The position numbers and the translations under genes are program-made. From positions 1,600,001 through 1,664,000 of the forward strand of contig CBDCXM010000009.1 in assembly GCA_965223855.1 (NCBI GenBank): a DNA stretch of 64,000 bases, in the 5' to 3' direction. The notes under the pieces were generated by a model. That model saw only the letters and a program-made list of their open reading frames with translations, did no database searches and was not told the origin of the DNA. This DNA comes from Candidatus Multivoradales bacterium. Lineage in GTDB: Bacteria > Acidobacteriota > Thermoanaerobaculia > Multivoradales > JAHEKO01. Position 1 is the stretch's first letter, and every line of letters begins with the position of its first letter. Below are positions 55,000 to 64,000 of this stretch, piece after piece.

Positions 55000-55470
55000 G
55001 TGGGAAGAGAGTTCTCAATCCTCTGGATCGGGCGGCGGCGGCCGGAGTGGGAGGAGTTGTGCTCGCGCTACCGGACCCGGATCGAGCGCTCGGTCCCGGT
55101 GGTGGATCGCGTCCTGCGCTCGCCGACCGGACCGGACGACCGGCGAGTCGAGCTCGAAGCCGACTCGCTGCGGGCGGCCCTGCCGGAGCGCGCGTGGACG
55201 GTGGCGCTCGATCGTCGCGGGCGCCAGCGCTCCTCTCCGGAGATCGCCAGGTGGCTCACGCGGCGGCTCGAAGAGTGGCCGCACCCGGTCGTTTTTCTCA
55301 TCGGCTCCGATCTCGGCATCGCGCCGGAGTTGACCTCGGACTGCCGTGAACGGTGGTCGCTCGGCCCCCTCACACTGCCTCACGAGCTCGCCCGACTGGT
55401 GCTCTACGAGCAGCTCTATCGCGGTCTATCCATCGCTGCTGGAATCAAGTACCATCGCGGCCCGTTATAG
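55000..55470 (+). CDS. rlmH: 23S rRNA pseudouridine-1915 N3-methyltransferase
   Basis: ALDRRG, FLIGSDLG, SLGPLTLPHELAR...EQLYR...YHR. Confidence 0.92.
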   Translation: MGREFSILWIGRRRPEWEELCSRYRTRIERSVPVVDRVLRSPTGPDDRRVELEADSLRAALPERAWTVALDRRGRQRSSPEIARWLTRRLEEWPHPVVFLIGSDLGIAPELTSDCRERWSLGPLTLPHELARLVLYEQLYRGLSIAAGIKYHRGPL

Positions 55471-55501
55471 CGGTCTAACTCAGCCGGGAGGGTGATTTCG
55501 G

Positions 55502-55900
55502 GTGCCTAGCGCAAAGACAGCGACGCGGAAATTGGCCGAGAGTTCGAAGACTCGGTTCCGCCAGCAGCTCGAGAAGCATCGCGAGGAAATCCTGAGTCTC
55601 TACGAGCACGACCTCGAGGTCGGCAAGGGAGATTCGGACTTCGAGGCCGACGACCTGGTCGATCGGGCCAACCACGCCTACAACCGCGAGTTCATGCTCT
55701 CGCTCTCCGGCGGAGAGCGTGACCGGCTTCGCGAGATCGAGGCGGCATTGGCGCGTCTCGAGGACGACAGCTACGGAGTCTGCAAGCCGTGCGGCACGGT
55801 GATCCCTCAGGCGCGCTTGAAGGCGGTCCCGTGGGCGCGCTACTGTATCGATTGTCAGGAGCGCGAAGAGCAGGGAATGCTCGTCGATCCGGACGCCTAG
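55502..55900 (+). CDS. TraR/DksA C4 zinc-finger protein
   Basis: DLVDRA (DxxDxA), YGVCKPC, RLKAVPWARYCIDC. Confidence 0.9.
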   Translation: MPSAKTATRKLAESSKTRFRQQLEKHREEILSLYEHDLEVGKGDSDFEADDLVDRANHAYNREFMLSLSGGERDRLREIEAALARLEDDSYGVCKPCGTVIPQARLKAVPWARYCIDCQEREEQGMLVDPDA

Positions 55901-55913
55901 ACACGGAACTCAG

Positions 55914-57299
55914 ATGAGGCTCAAGACGTTCGCGGGAATCCTCTTCGCCCTCGCGGTCGTCGTCTCCGTCGCCTACCTCTCGAATCAGAACGAGACCCTG
56001 CTCAACAGCAGGTTCGCGCTCAACCCGGTCGTCTCGCTACCACTCTATGTGGTGATGATCGGCGTCTTTCTCGCCGGCTTCCTGCCGGCGGTGTCGCTTC
56101 TGCTGCTGCAGTCGCTCAAGCGCGACCTGCAGGCGCGTCGCGACCGCCGTTCCAACCGGCAGGTCGAGAGCACCCGCGCCAGCTTCCGCAGGGCCGTGGA
56201 TCACCGGGCCGACGGTCTGTGGGGCAAGGCTCTCTCCGAACTCGAAGCGCTCGAGAAAGAGCAGCCCGAGAACTTCGGCACACTGCTCTACTACGGCGAG
56301 GCGCTCCGGGAGCTCGGCCGGGTCGACCAGGCGATCAACGTTCATCGTCGCCTGACCGTGCTCTATCCGCAGGGGCTGGCGGCGCTCTACGAGCTGGCGG
56401 CCGACTATGAGGCTGCGGAAGAGCCCGAGGTTGCCGATCAGATCTACGACCGCGTCCTGCGCGACTTTCCGGGGCAGGGGCTACGGGTCCACCGCCTCCG
56501 TCGCGACCGGGCGATCGAGGCGAAGGAATGGACGCTGGCCGGCGACGAGCAGGAGAAGGTCGACGCCCTGCTGGCGGGTTCGGGAGCGCCCGGTGAGAGT
56601 GAGGCCGAGGCTCGCGACGGGCTGCGCTACCAGAGCGCTGTTGCGCTGCTGCGATCCGACCGGCCCCGTGAGGCGCTCGAGGCATTGCGCGGCCTCCTCG
56701 AGCGGCGGCCCGACTTCGTACCCGCCCGCATCCTCCAGGGTGAAGTGCTCCAGGCGACGGGGGACGATCAGGGGGCACTGGCGGCCTGGAGTGCCGGGTT
56801 CGAGGAGAGCGGTCGAGCGGTCTACCTGCAGCGGATCGAGGACCACTTCATCGAGGCCGAGAACCCGATGCTGGCGATCGAGACCCTCCACGGCTGGATC
56901 GGTTCGGCACAGAGCGATCTGCTCCCGCGCTTCTACCTCGGCCGGCTCTACTACCGGCTCGAGATGCACGACGAAGCGCATCGGACGCTGGCGGCGATCG
57001 CCGATCGCGTCCGTTCCTCGCCGACCTATCACTACCTGATCGGCCGCATCCTCGAGCGCAAGGGCGACGCCGAAGGCGCGATCGCCGCCTATCGGACCAG
57101 TCTGCTGCAGGCGGGCATGGGTGAGGCGGAGTACATCTGCCGCAGCTGCGGCGATCGCCGCGTCGGCTGGGCGGCCTCGTGCGACCGCTGTGCGGCGTGG
57201 AACACCCTCGAGCTCGACTTCGAGGAAGAGACGCTCTCGGCCGAGGAGCTCGGCGTCCACGAGCGGCCGATCTACACCGTCGCCGACGAACCGGTCTGA
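55914..57299 (+). CDS. lapB: LapB-like TPR/rubredoxin protein with fused LapA-like N-terminus
   Basis: Two N-terminal TMs, TPRs, YICRSCG...W...CDRCAAWNT. Confidence 0.75.
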   Translation: MRLKTFAGILFALAVVVSVAYLSNQNETLLNSRFALNPVVSLPLYVVMIGVFLAGFLPAVSLLLLQSLKRDLQARRDRRSNRQVESTRASFRRAVDHRADGLWGKALSELEALEKEQPENFGTLLYYGEALRELGRVDQAINVHRRLTVLYPQGLAALYELAADYEAAEEPEVADQIYDRVLRDFPGQGLRVHRLRRDRAIEAKEWTLAGDEQEKVDALLAGSGAPGESEAEARDGLRYQSAVALLRSDRPREALEALRGLLERRPDFVPARILQGEVLQATGDDQGALAAWSAGFEESGRAVYLQRIEDHFIEAENPMLAIETLHGWIGSAQSDLLPRFYLGRLYYRLEMHDEAHRTLAAIADRVRSSPTYHYLIGRILERKGDAEGAIAAYRTSLLQAGMGEAEYICRSCGDRRVGWAASCDRCAAWNTLELDFEEETLSAEELGVHERPIYTVADEPV

Positions 57300-57307
57300 C
57301 CGACGGC

Positions 57308-58744
57308 GTGCACGAGAGCGTCGTCAAGGCGATCGCCGGCGGGCGGATCGAGCCGCTCTATCTCGTCGTCGGCGAGCGGGTGGCGGCCGAGCCGGCGGGC
57401 CTGGCGATCGCCGAGGCGGCGGCCGGGGCGATCGGAGCCGAGGTCGAGACGATCCGGCATCCGGCGGGTCTCGACGCGGTGCTCGGGGACCTGCGCACGC
57501 TGTCGCTCTTCGGCAGCGGCAAGGTGGTGCTGGTGATCGACTCTCAGCTGCTGACCGACGAGCACGGGGTCGCGGAGCTGATCGACGAGGCGGCGAAGTC
57601 GCTCCCGCTCGGTTCCGGTGACGATCTTTCGACGGATGAGCGGCGCGCGGCGGGGAGGCTGTTGCAGGCGCTTCGTCTCTACGAGCTCGATCCCTACGCC
57701 GGCTCGGTCGAGGAACTCCTCGGCAGGATGCCGGAGAAGGCGTTTCAGGGCGGCACCAGCCACCGGCGCAAGACCGGCAACAGGGCGCGCGGCAAGCGGC
57801 AGGTGGCGGGCCTCAAGGAAGGGCTCGCCCAGCTGCTCGGCCGCGCGCGCGCGCTCGAACTGGTCGGCTGGGCGGAGAACGACCTCGCGGAGTTGGGGAG
57901 ACTGGTCGAGGGTGGGCTGCCGCCCGGCCACACGCTGGTCCTGGTGGAGCGCAGTGCCGCCGCACAGCACCCGCTGGTCAGAACCCTCGATCGGCGAGAT
58001 GCGCTGGTCGTCCTCGAGACGGTCGATCAGAACCGTCGCGGGAGCTGGGAGGGGCTCGAGTCGATCGTCCGCCAGCTCGAGAGCGAGACCGGCGTCGGGA
58101 TCGACCGACCGGCACTCGACGAGCTCGCCCGCCGGACTCTGCAACAGAACGACTACCGCTCGGGCGGCGGTGCGCGGGAAGCGTCGACCGAGCGGCTTGC
58201 GGGGGAGTACCGGAAGCTCGCGAGCCTCGCCACCGGCGGCAGGATCGACCGCGAGCTGGTCGAGGACGCGGTCGACGATCGCGGCTCCGAGAACGTCTGG
58301 AAGATCCTCGATGCGATCGGTGCCGGCAACGCCGGCGAGGCGCTCCATCGGCTCGACCGGCTGCTCGCGGCCTCCGAAGATCCGGAGCGCGAGCGTCTGT
58401 CGTTCTTCGGTCTCGTGGCCGGTTTCGCCGGCAACCTGACCGCCATCGCCGGCCTCGCGCGGGCCAACGGCGTGCCGCGCAACGAACGCAACTACAACCG
58501 CTTCAAGAGCCAGCTCTATCCCAAGCTGACTGCGCCGACGCCGACGGGCAGGAATCCGCTCGCCGGCCAGCACGCGTTCAAGCTTCACCGCGCCTACCTG
58601 GCGGCTTCCAGGCTGCCCGCGGAGGTGCTGTCGCGGCTGCCGACCCGGGTGCTCGAAGCGGAAGTAGCGCTCAAGGGGGGCACCCGCCGCCCTGAAGCGG
58701 CGCTCGCCGTCCTGATCACCGAGCTGGCACACCCCGGCGCCTGA
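57308..58744 (+). CDS. holA: DNA polymerase III delta subunit (long form)
   Basis: PLYLVVGE, LRTLSLFGSGKVVLV, EYRKL, NVWKILDAI, EVALKGG. Confidence 0.75.
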   Translation: MHESVVKAIAGGRIEPLYLVVGERVAAEPAGLAIAEAAAGAIGAEVETIRHPAGLDAVLGDLRTLSLFGSGKVVLVIDSQLLTDEHGVAELIDEAAKSLPLGSGDDLSTDERRAAGRLLQALRLYELDPYAGSVEELLGRMPEKAFQGGTSHRRKTGNRARGKRQVAGLKEGLAQLLGRARALELVGWAENDLAELGRLVEGGLPPGHTLVLVERSAAAQHPLVRTLDRRDALVVLETVDQNRRGSWEGLESIVRQLESETGVGIDRPALDELARRTLQQNDYRSGGGAREASTERLAGEYRKLASLATGGRIDRELVEDAVDDRGSENVWKILDAIGAGNAGEALHRLDRLLAASEDPERERLSFFGLVAGFAGNLTAIAGLARANGVPRNERNYNRFKSQLYPKLTAPTPTGRNPLAGQHAFKLHRAYLAASRLPAEVLSRLPTRVLEAEVALKGGTRRPEAALAVLITELAHPGA

Positions 58745-58802
58745 CCGACGCCCGGGGTCTATCGGGGCAGGCGTCGCCGCCCGGCGGCTTAGAATCGACG
58801 GC

Positions 58803-59627
58803 ATGCCGGAGCTGCCCGAGGTCGAAGTCCTGCGCCGCAGCCTCGCCGGACCGCTCCTCGGGCGCAGAGTCGAGGCGGTGCGCGTGCATCACACCGGGCT
58901 GCGCGAGCCGGTGGATCGCCGCTCGCTCGAGAAGGCGGCCGTCGGGCGCCGGATCGTCGCTCTCGGGCGGCGGTCCAAGTACCTGCTGATCGATCTCGAC
59001 GGTGCGCACTCGCTGATCGTCCACCTCGGGATGAGCGGGCGTCTCACCCTGGTGCCGGAAAGCGAGGAGCGCGAGTTGCACGAGCACGTCTCGTTCGCTC
59101 TCGACGACGGGCGGCGACTGCGCTTCCGCGACCCGCGACGGTTCGGCATGGTGCTGGCGCGACCGACGGAGACGCTCTTCGACGAGAGCCGGTTCCGCGC
59201 CCTCGGCCCCGAACCGCTCGACGGCAACCTCGACGGCAAGGCGCTGGCGGCGGCTGCCGAGCGGCGGAGGGGACCGGTCAAGGGCTTTCTCCTCAACGGC
59301 TCGGTCGTCGCCGGCGTCGGCAACATCTACGCCTGCGAAGCGCTGTGGCGTGCGGGCGTGCATCCGAAGCGCACGGTCGACCGCATCGCCGCCGCCCGGT
59401 GGGACCGACTCGCCGCCGCGGTGCGCGAGACGCTCAGTGACGCCGTCGAACAGGGAGGGACGACGCTCAACGACTTCGCCGACGGTGAGGGCAACAGCGG
59501 CTACTTCCAGGTGTCGCTCGCGGTCTACGGCCGCGAGGGCGAACCGTGCCCGCGTTGCGAGCGGCCGATCCGGCGGATCGTCCAGGGGCAGCGCAGCACC
59601 TTCTACTGCGTGGGTTGTCAGCGGTGA
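58803..59627 (+). CDS. mutM: Formamidopyrimidine-DNA glycosylase
   Basis: MPELPEVE, HLGMSG, DPRRFG, GVGNIY, CPRC...CVGCQ. Confidence 0.96.
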   Translation: MPELPEVEVLRRSLAGPLLGRRVEAVRVHHTGLREPVDRRSLEKAAVGRRIVALGRRSKYLLIDLDGAHSLIVHLGMSGRLTLVPESEERELHEHVSFALDDGRRLRFRDPRRFGMVLARPTETLFDESRFRALGPEPLDGNLDGKALAAAAERRRGPVKGFLLNGSVVAGVGNIYACEALWRAGVHPKRTVDRIAAARWDRLAAAVRETLSDAVEQGGTTLNDFADGEGNSGYFQVSLAVYGREGEPCPRCERPIRRIVQGQRSTFYCVGCQR

Positions 59628-59655
59628 AATCGTGCCGCAGAACGGGAGGTGGCCG

Positions 59656-60372
59656 ATGATCGAAGCGGTGCTGTTCGACATGGGAGGCGTGCTTTTGAGC
59701 CTTCAGAACGGGCGCGGCCTGCCGCAGGGGCGGACCGACTGGCGCGGCCGCCAGGCGCTGCTGCGCAGGATTCGCGACGCCGGCGGCCGGATCGAGGAGG
59801 GCGATCTCGACAAGCTGCTCTTCGACCGCTGGCGCGAGGAGTACGACGAGCGCTACCGGCGAGGGGCCGAGGCGTCATGGGAGCCGCACCTGGGTCGGCT
59901 TCGCGCCTGGGCAAAGGTCGAACTCGACGACCTCGATCTTCTGGGCGCCTGGTTCCGCCCCTACGGCGAGCAGCTCCCCGCCTTGCCGGGTGCGATCGAG
60001 ACGGTCCGCGAGCTGCGCGAGCGCGGCCTCCGGGTCGGCCTGGTGTCGAACGTGCCGATGCCGGGCGTGCTCTATCAGGCCATCCTCGCCGGCCACGGCA
60101 TCGCCGACTGGATCGAGACCTTCCACTTCAGCTACGACGAGGGGAGCCGCAAGCCGTCACCCGTCATGATCCGCCGCGCCCTCGCCGAGTTGCAGATCGA
60201 GCCCGCCCGCGCGCTGATGGTCGGCGACCGCCGCAGCAGCGACGTCGCCGCCGGCAGGGCGGCCGGCGTCGGCACGATCTGGCTGCGCCGTCACGACGGC
60301 GGCGGGCCGGAGCCCGACTACGCGATCGACGAACTGCCCGGAGTCCTGTCGATCGCCGAGTCGATCGGGTGA
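59656..60372 (+). CDS. HAD-family hydrolase
   Basis: FDMGGVL, LVSN, RKPSP, MVGDRRSSD; GGAGG RBS. Confidence 0.88.
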   Translation: MIEAVLFDMGGVLLSLQNGRGLPQGRTDWRGRQALLRRIRDAGGRIEEGDLDKLLFDRWREEYDERYRRGAEASWEPHLGRLRAWAKVELDDLDLLGAWFRPYGEQLPALPGAIETVRELRERGLRVGLVSNVPMPGVLYQAILAGHGIADWIETFHFSYDEGSRKPSPVMIRRALAELQIEPARALMVGDRRSSDVAAGRAAGVGTIWLRRHDGGGPEPDYAIDELPGVLSIAESIG

Positions 60373-60377
60373 GAGGC

Positions 60378-61133
60378 GTGCGGGCAGCCGTGCTCGGCGG
60401 GCTTGGCCTCTGCGTGCTGGTGGCTGCCCTGAACGGGCAACCGACGACGTCGGACAGCGAAGTTGCGACACTCGACGAGGCGGTGGCGCTCTGCCGCGGG
60501 TCGATCGATCACGTGCGCGAGGACTGCGCGGATTGTGTGGCGGCGAACGAGGAGTGGATCCAGCGGGTCATCGAGGCGCACGGCGAGTGCGAGGCAGACG
60601 GTCGAGGCTTCTGCCTTTCACGGGCCGAAAGAGCTCTGGCTCGCTGTGCACAGCCGCCCTACCACTACTTCTATCCCAGGCTGCCGTTGGATCGAGCGGC
60701 CTTCGAGAGTCTCTCCGAGAGGGGCTCGATCTGCCCGGGAGTGCGCGGCCTACTGACATGGGGGTCGAGGGACCCGGAGATGTCGCTGGTCCTCCAGGTT
60801 CGGCTTCCTGAGAATGCCTTCGAAGGTGAGGTCGGCCCGGAGGTCGCCGTCGGGGAAGGGGTGGAGCTCGAGATCCGCACTGGCCGGAGACTGCAATCGG
60901 GGTGCGATCTCGCCCCGCCTCGCTCGAGCAGCCCCTACGAGGACTTCGTCGCCGAGCGCTGGCGAGGCTTGGCGGGCAGGGTGCGATGGAGCCTTTTCGA
61001 ACTCCCCTGCCGGGACTCGACCCGGCAAGGTGTTCGGGTCCGACTGGATTCGCTGCGAGTCGAGTCCGAAGACGGCGAGTCGAGAGAACTGGGAAGCCTG
61101 AGCCTCAGCGCCTATCCTCCCTTCGCCTGCTAG
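60378..61133 (+). CDS. Hypothetical Cys-rich secreted protein
   Basis: Signal-like N-terminus, about ten Cys, less GC3-biased codons; start 60369 or 60378. Confidence 0.55.
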   Translation: MRAAVLGGLGLCVLVAALNGQPTTSDSEVATLDEAVALCRGSIDHVREDCADCVAANEEWIQRVIEAHGECEADGRGFCLSRAERALARCAQPPYHYFYPRLPLDRAAFESLSERGSICPGVRGLLTWGSRDPEMSLVLQVRLPENAFEGEVGPEVAVGEGVELEIRTGRRLQSGCDLAPPRSSSPYEDFVAERWRGLAGRVRWSLFELPCRDSTRQGVRVRLDSLRVESEDGESRELGSLSLSAYPPFAC

Positions 61134-61149
61134 CGGGGGCGCTACCAGG

Positions 61150-61469
61150 TGTCGCCGAGTGGTTCTGTGAACCTGCGATATCGAGGCTTCAGATTCCGAC
61201 GAGCGCGCGACTGCCAGGGGCGTAGGTCACCCGACGACGCACCAGAGCCGTCGTACCCGGAGACCTTCGCCGCGACCGAGGAACCTCGAAAGCGGTCCTT
61301 CTCGAGAAGCCCTACGCACTCCGGCCACAGCCCGACAGCTGTCGAGGGAGGGACCCGCACCGCCGCCGACATCAAGTCAGGACAGCCCCACCTGAAGCCT
61401 TTTGCCTCGACCCAAGCTGGTCGAGATCGGTCAACCGTGAAGAGCCCGGCCTGGTTTCACAACCCGACA
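61150..61469. ncRNA. Candidate structured non-coding RNA or non-autonomous element
   Basis: Nested long-range helices plus several hairpins fill the intergenic gap (see findings); no family recognised. Confidence 0.4.
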
Positions 61470-61497
61470 GGCGCGCCTCTCCGCCGTGCCGAAGCCG

Positions 61498-63276
61498 TCA
61501 GAACGGCCAGAAGACCGGAATCAGAATCGTCGCCAGGATCCAGAACAGCAGGTTCAACGGCGCCCCGAATTTCATGTAGTCGTTGAACTTGTAGTTGCCG
61601 GGGCCGAAGACCATGGCGTTGGTCTGGTAGCCCATCGGAGTCATGAAGGAGGCGGACGCCGCGTAGGCGACGGCCATCAGCAGGGGGCGCGCGTCGACCC
61701 CGAGTTGGGAGGCAGCGGTCATGGCGATCGGCGCCATCAGCACGGCAGTGGCGTTGTTCGAGAAGAACGAGGTCAGTAGAGACGTCGCGAAGTAGAGCAG
61801 TGACAGCATCGCCAGCGGGCCGTAGTCGACGCCGAAACCGCCGAGGATGCCGCCGATGAAGCCGTCGAGGCCGGTGTTCCGCATCGCCGTCGACAGCGGC
61901 AGGATCGCCGCCAGCAGGAAGATCACCGTCCAATCGATCGCGTGGTACGACTGCTGGATGGTGATCGAGCGGGTGACGAGCAGCACGACGGCGCCGAGGA
62001 TCGCCGCCTTGAGGATCGGCATGATCGACAGCGCGGAGAGGAGCACCACCAGGGCGATGGTGCCGGCGCTGATCCACCAGCGTGGCGACAGGTTGAGCTT
62101 GAGGTCGCGCTCCCCGAGGGCGACGAAGTCCTCCATCTCGTAGAGCGCCTCGACTCGCGAGCGCGGGCCGAAGACGAGGACCGTGTCCCACTGGCGCAGC
62201 CGGATGCGGGCGAGCTTCTCCTGAATCAGCTCGCCGGTGCGGTTGAGCGCCAGCACGAAGCAGCCGAAGCGGCGGCGGAAGTCGATCTCCTTGAGCGTCG
62301 AATCGACGAGCTCGGAGGCGGGCGAGAGCTGCACCTCGGCGAGGATGGTCTGGGCGTCCGAGAGGTCCTCGTCGCGAAGCTTGACGTCGGTCAGCAGCAG
62401 CAGGCCGAACTGCTCGCGGAAGGCGATGATGTCTTCGACGCCGCCGCGCACCAGAAGGACGTCGTCCTCGCGCAGCCGCTCCGAGCGCAGATCGGTGGCG
62501 ATCTTCTCCTTGCCGCGCAGGATCTCGAGCACGTTGAGCTGGAAGCGCTGGCTGACCTGTTCCTCGACGACGGTGCGGCCGATCAGCTTGGAGCCGGCCG
62601 GCACCCGCAGTTCCGTCAGGAAGCCGCTCAGGTGGTACTTGCGCGTCAGCGACGACAGGATCGCCCGCGACGGCAGGAACTTCATCGGCACCAGCACGTT
62701 GTAGACCAGCCCGACCGTCAGCAGGATGAAGCCGAGCTTGGCGAACTCGAAGACCTCGAACGGCGGCTGGCCGCCCTGCTCGGCGAGCGAGCCGACGAGG
62801 AGATTGGTCGACGTGCCGAAGAGTGTGCAGGTGCCGCCGACGACGGCGACGAACGACAGCGGCATCAGCAGCTTCGACGGGCTGACCCGGAAGTGACGGC
62901 ACAGGTGGATCGCCACCGGCATGAAGACGCTCACCGCCGCGGTGTTGTTGATGAACGCCGAGATGACGCCGACGAGTGTCAGCAGCAGGACGGCGGCGAC
63001 CATCTGGGACGTCCCGGTGAGGTCGGCGATGCGGTAGCCGGCCTTGGTGACAAGACCGCTCTGCACCAGCCCTTCGGAGAGGATGAACATCATCATCACC
63101 GTCACCACGGCAGGGTTGCTGAAGCCGGCGACCGCCTCCTCCGCGGAGACGAGGTCGAACAGCAGCAGCAGCCCGAGGCTCGACAGCGCGATGACGTCCA
63201 TCGACGCCCACTCGCGCACGAACGCGGTGACCGTCAGGAGGACGATGACCAGGAGGATGGCGATGTCGGGCGTCAT
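61498..63276 (-). CDS. SLC13/DASS family permease with two TrkA-C domains
   Basis: GFSNPAV, SAFINNTA, GTSTN, two RCK-C repeats, SNNAT, TPMGYQTN. Confidence 0.92.
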   Translation of the reverse strand: MTPDIAILLVIVLLTVTAFVREWASMDVIALSSLGLLLLFDLVSAEEAVAGFSNPAVVTVMMMFILSEGLVQSGLVTKAGYRIADLTGTSQMVAAVLLLTLVGVISAFINNTAAVSVFMPVAIHLCRHFRVSPSKLLMPLSFVAVVGGTCTLFGTSTNLLVGSLAEQGGQPPFEVFEFAKLGFILLTVGLVYNVLVPMKFLPSRAILSSLTRKYHLSGFLTELRVPAGSKLIGRTVVEEQVSQRFQLNVLEILRGKEKIATDLRSERLREDDVLLVRGGVEDIIAFREQFGLLLLTDVKLRDEDLSDAQTILAEVQLSPASELVDSTLKEIDFRRRFGCFVLALNRTGELIQEKLARIRLRQWDTVLVFGPRSRVEALYEMEDFVALGERDLKLNLSPRWWISAGTIALVVLLSALSIMPILKAAILGAVVLLVTRSITIQQSYHAIDWTVIFLLAAILPLSTAMRNTGLDGFIGGILGGFGVDYGPLAMLSLLYFATSLLTSFFSNNATAVLMAPIAMTAASQLGVDARPLLMAVAYAASASFMTPMGYQTNAMVFGPGNYKFNDYMKFGAPLNLLFWILATILIPVFWPF

Positions 63277-63447
63277 TGGCAGAGGAGTCCGGCGTGGGAG
63301 GGCGCGAGTGTAGCCGGTTGGGGGCTCGTAGCCGGCCGCGTCCCCCCTGACAGTGCCAGGAGCGGCTGCTTCTTCGACCCCGGGTCGCAGGGAGGGATCG
63401 AGCCAGGGTGCTCAGTTGCTAAACTCCGCCCGCTTCTGAAGGGGAGA

Positions 63448-64000
63448 ATGAAGATGCTGACCAGCCACCGAAACTGCTTTCTGATCGCCCTCGCCGCCCT
63501 GCTGATCGCGGGCTGCGAGGAAGCGCCGCAACCGGTGGGCGGGATCGCCGTCGAGCCGACCCAGATCGCCCTGCCCGCCTCGAGCTACACGCCGCTCGAG
63601 ATCACCGTCACGCCTTCGACGGCCCTCGACGCAGGCGCCGACCCGCACGTGATGGTGCACCTGCTCGACGCGTCGGGGACGGTGGTCCGTACCTTCGACC
63701 ACCCACTACCGGTCGAGTGGACCCCGGGGACTACGGAGAGCTATCCGATCGACCTCTACCAGTCGGCGCTGGCGCCGCCGCTCGACGCCGGGGCCTACCG
63801 TCTCACCGTGGGACTCTACGACCCGGCGGCCGGGCGCTGGGCGTTGACGGCCGCGGGCGAGGAGGTCGCGACGAGCGAGTATGCGGTGGCGACCGTCGAT
63901 GCAGCGCCGCGCCCGGAGGCGGGGCCGCGGTTCTTCTTCTCCCCGACCTGGCAGGCGACCGAGGCTGGGACCGACGTACAGATCCTCGGCAGGCGGTGGC
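63448..64000 (+). CDS. Putative lipoprotein with Ig-like domain (runs off the window edge)
   Basis: GGAG RBS; MKMLTSHRNCFLIALAALLIAGC lipobox; VMVHLLD...RTFDHP...YRLTVGLYD. Confidence 0.7.
   Translation, partial: MKMLTSHRNCFLIALAALLIAGCEEAPQPVGGIAVEPTQIALPASSYTPLEITVTPSTALDAGADPHVMVHLLDASGTVVRTFDHPLPVEWTPGTTESYPIDLYQSALAPPLDAGAYRLTVGLYDPAAGRWALTAAGEEVATSEYAVATVDAAPRPEAGPRFFFSPTWQATEAGTDVQILGRRW

Noticed and set aside
61134-61497. tmRNA, RNase P RNA, SRP RNA, 6S RNA, group II intron or a protein-coding ORF (61149-61586, 61142-61375)
   Set aside because: No tRNA-like ends, GAGGAAAGUCC, SRP GGAA loop motif or intron domain V recognised, and it is too long and branched for 6S; the ORFs lack an RBS and codon bias

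Overview
High-GC (visually about 70%) bacterial chromosome segment with about 62 protein-coding genes. The gene content (GWxTD-like/VWA protein, secreted proteins ending in DGFESGDTSAWS, LapA-LapB fusion, long HolA) suggests Acidobacteriota, probably Thermoanaerobaculia; this is inferred from gene content only. No rRNA, tRNA, CRISPR array, transposase or integrase was recognised. Most genes are housekeeping or metabolic: nrdA with an NrdR box, yhaM-like, xseAB, moeB/moaDE, acyl-CoA carboxyltransferase, AtuA pair, enoyl-CoA hydratase, ygfZ, an A-type Fe-S carrier, phosphomannomutase, rlmH, DksA-family, holA, mutM, and three ECF sigma/anti-sigma sets. The best candidate for an undescribed system is 32.7-41.4 kb. 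A DosS-like heme-GAF kinase and a NarL-type regulator sit between a glutamate-cysteine-ligase-like/CBS gene and an operon of porin, low-potential Rieske protein, cytochrome b and an octaheme HAO-family cytochrome that replaces cytochrome c1. Both flanking promoters carry the same 16-bp box exactly 22 nt upstream of a -10 element. Other signals: a shared C-terminal DGFESGDTSAWS tail on two unrelated secreted proteins, a 320-nt nested-helix intergenic region (61.15-61.47 kb), a 385-bp double-hairpin element with terminal inverted repeats, twin inverted ECF promoters, seven apparent leaderless promoters, and short tandem duplications of stop codons. All calls come from reading motifs by eye; no searches were run.
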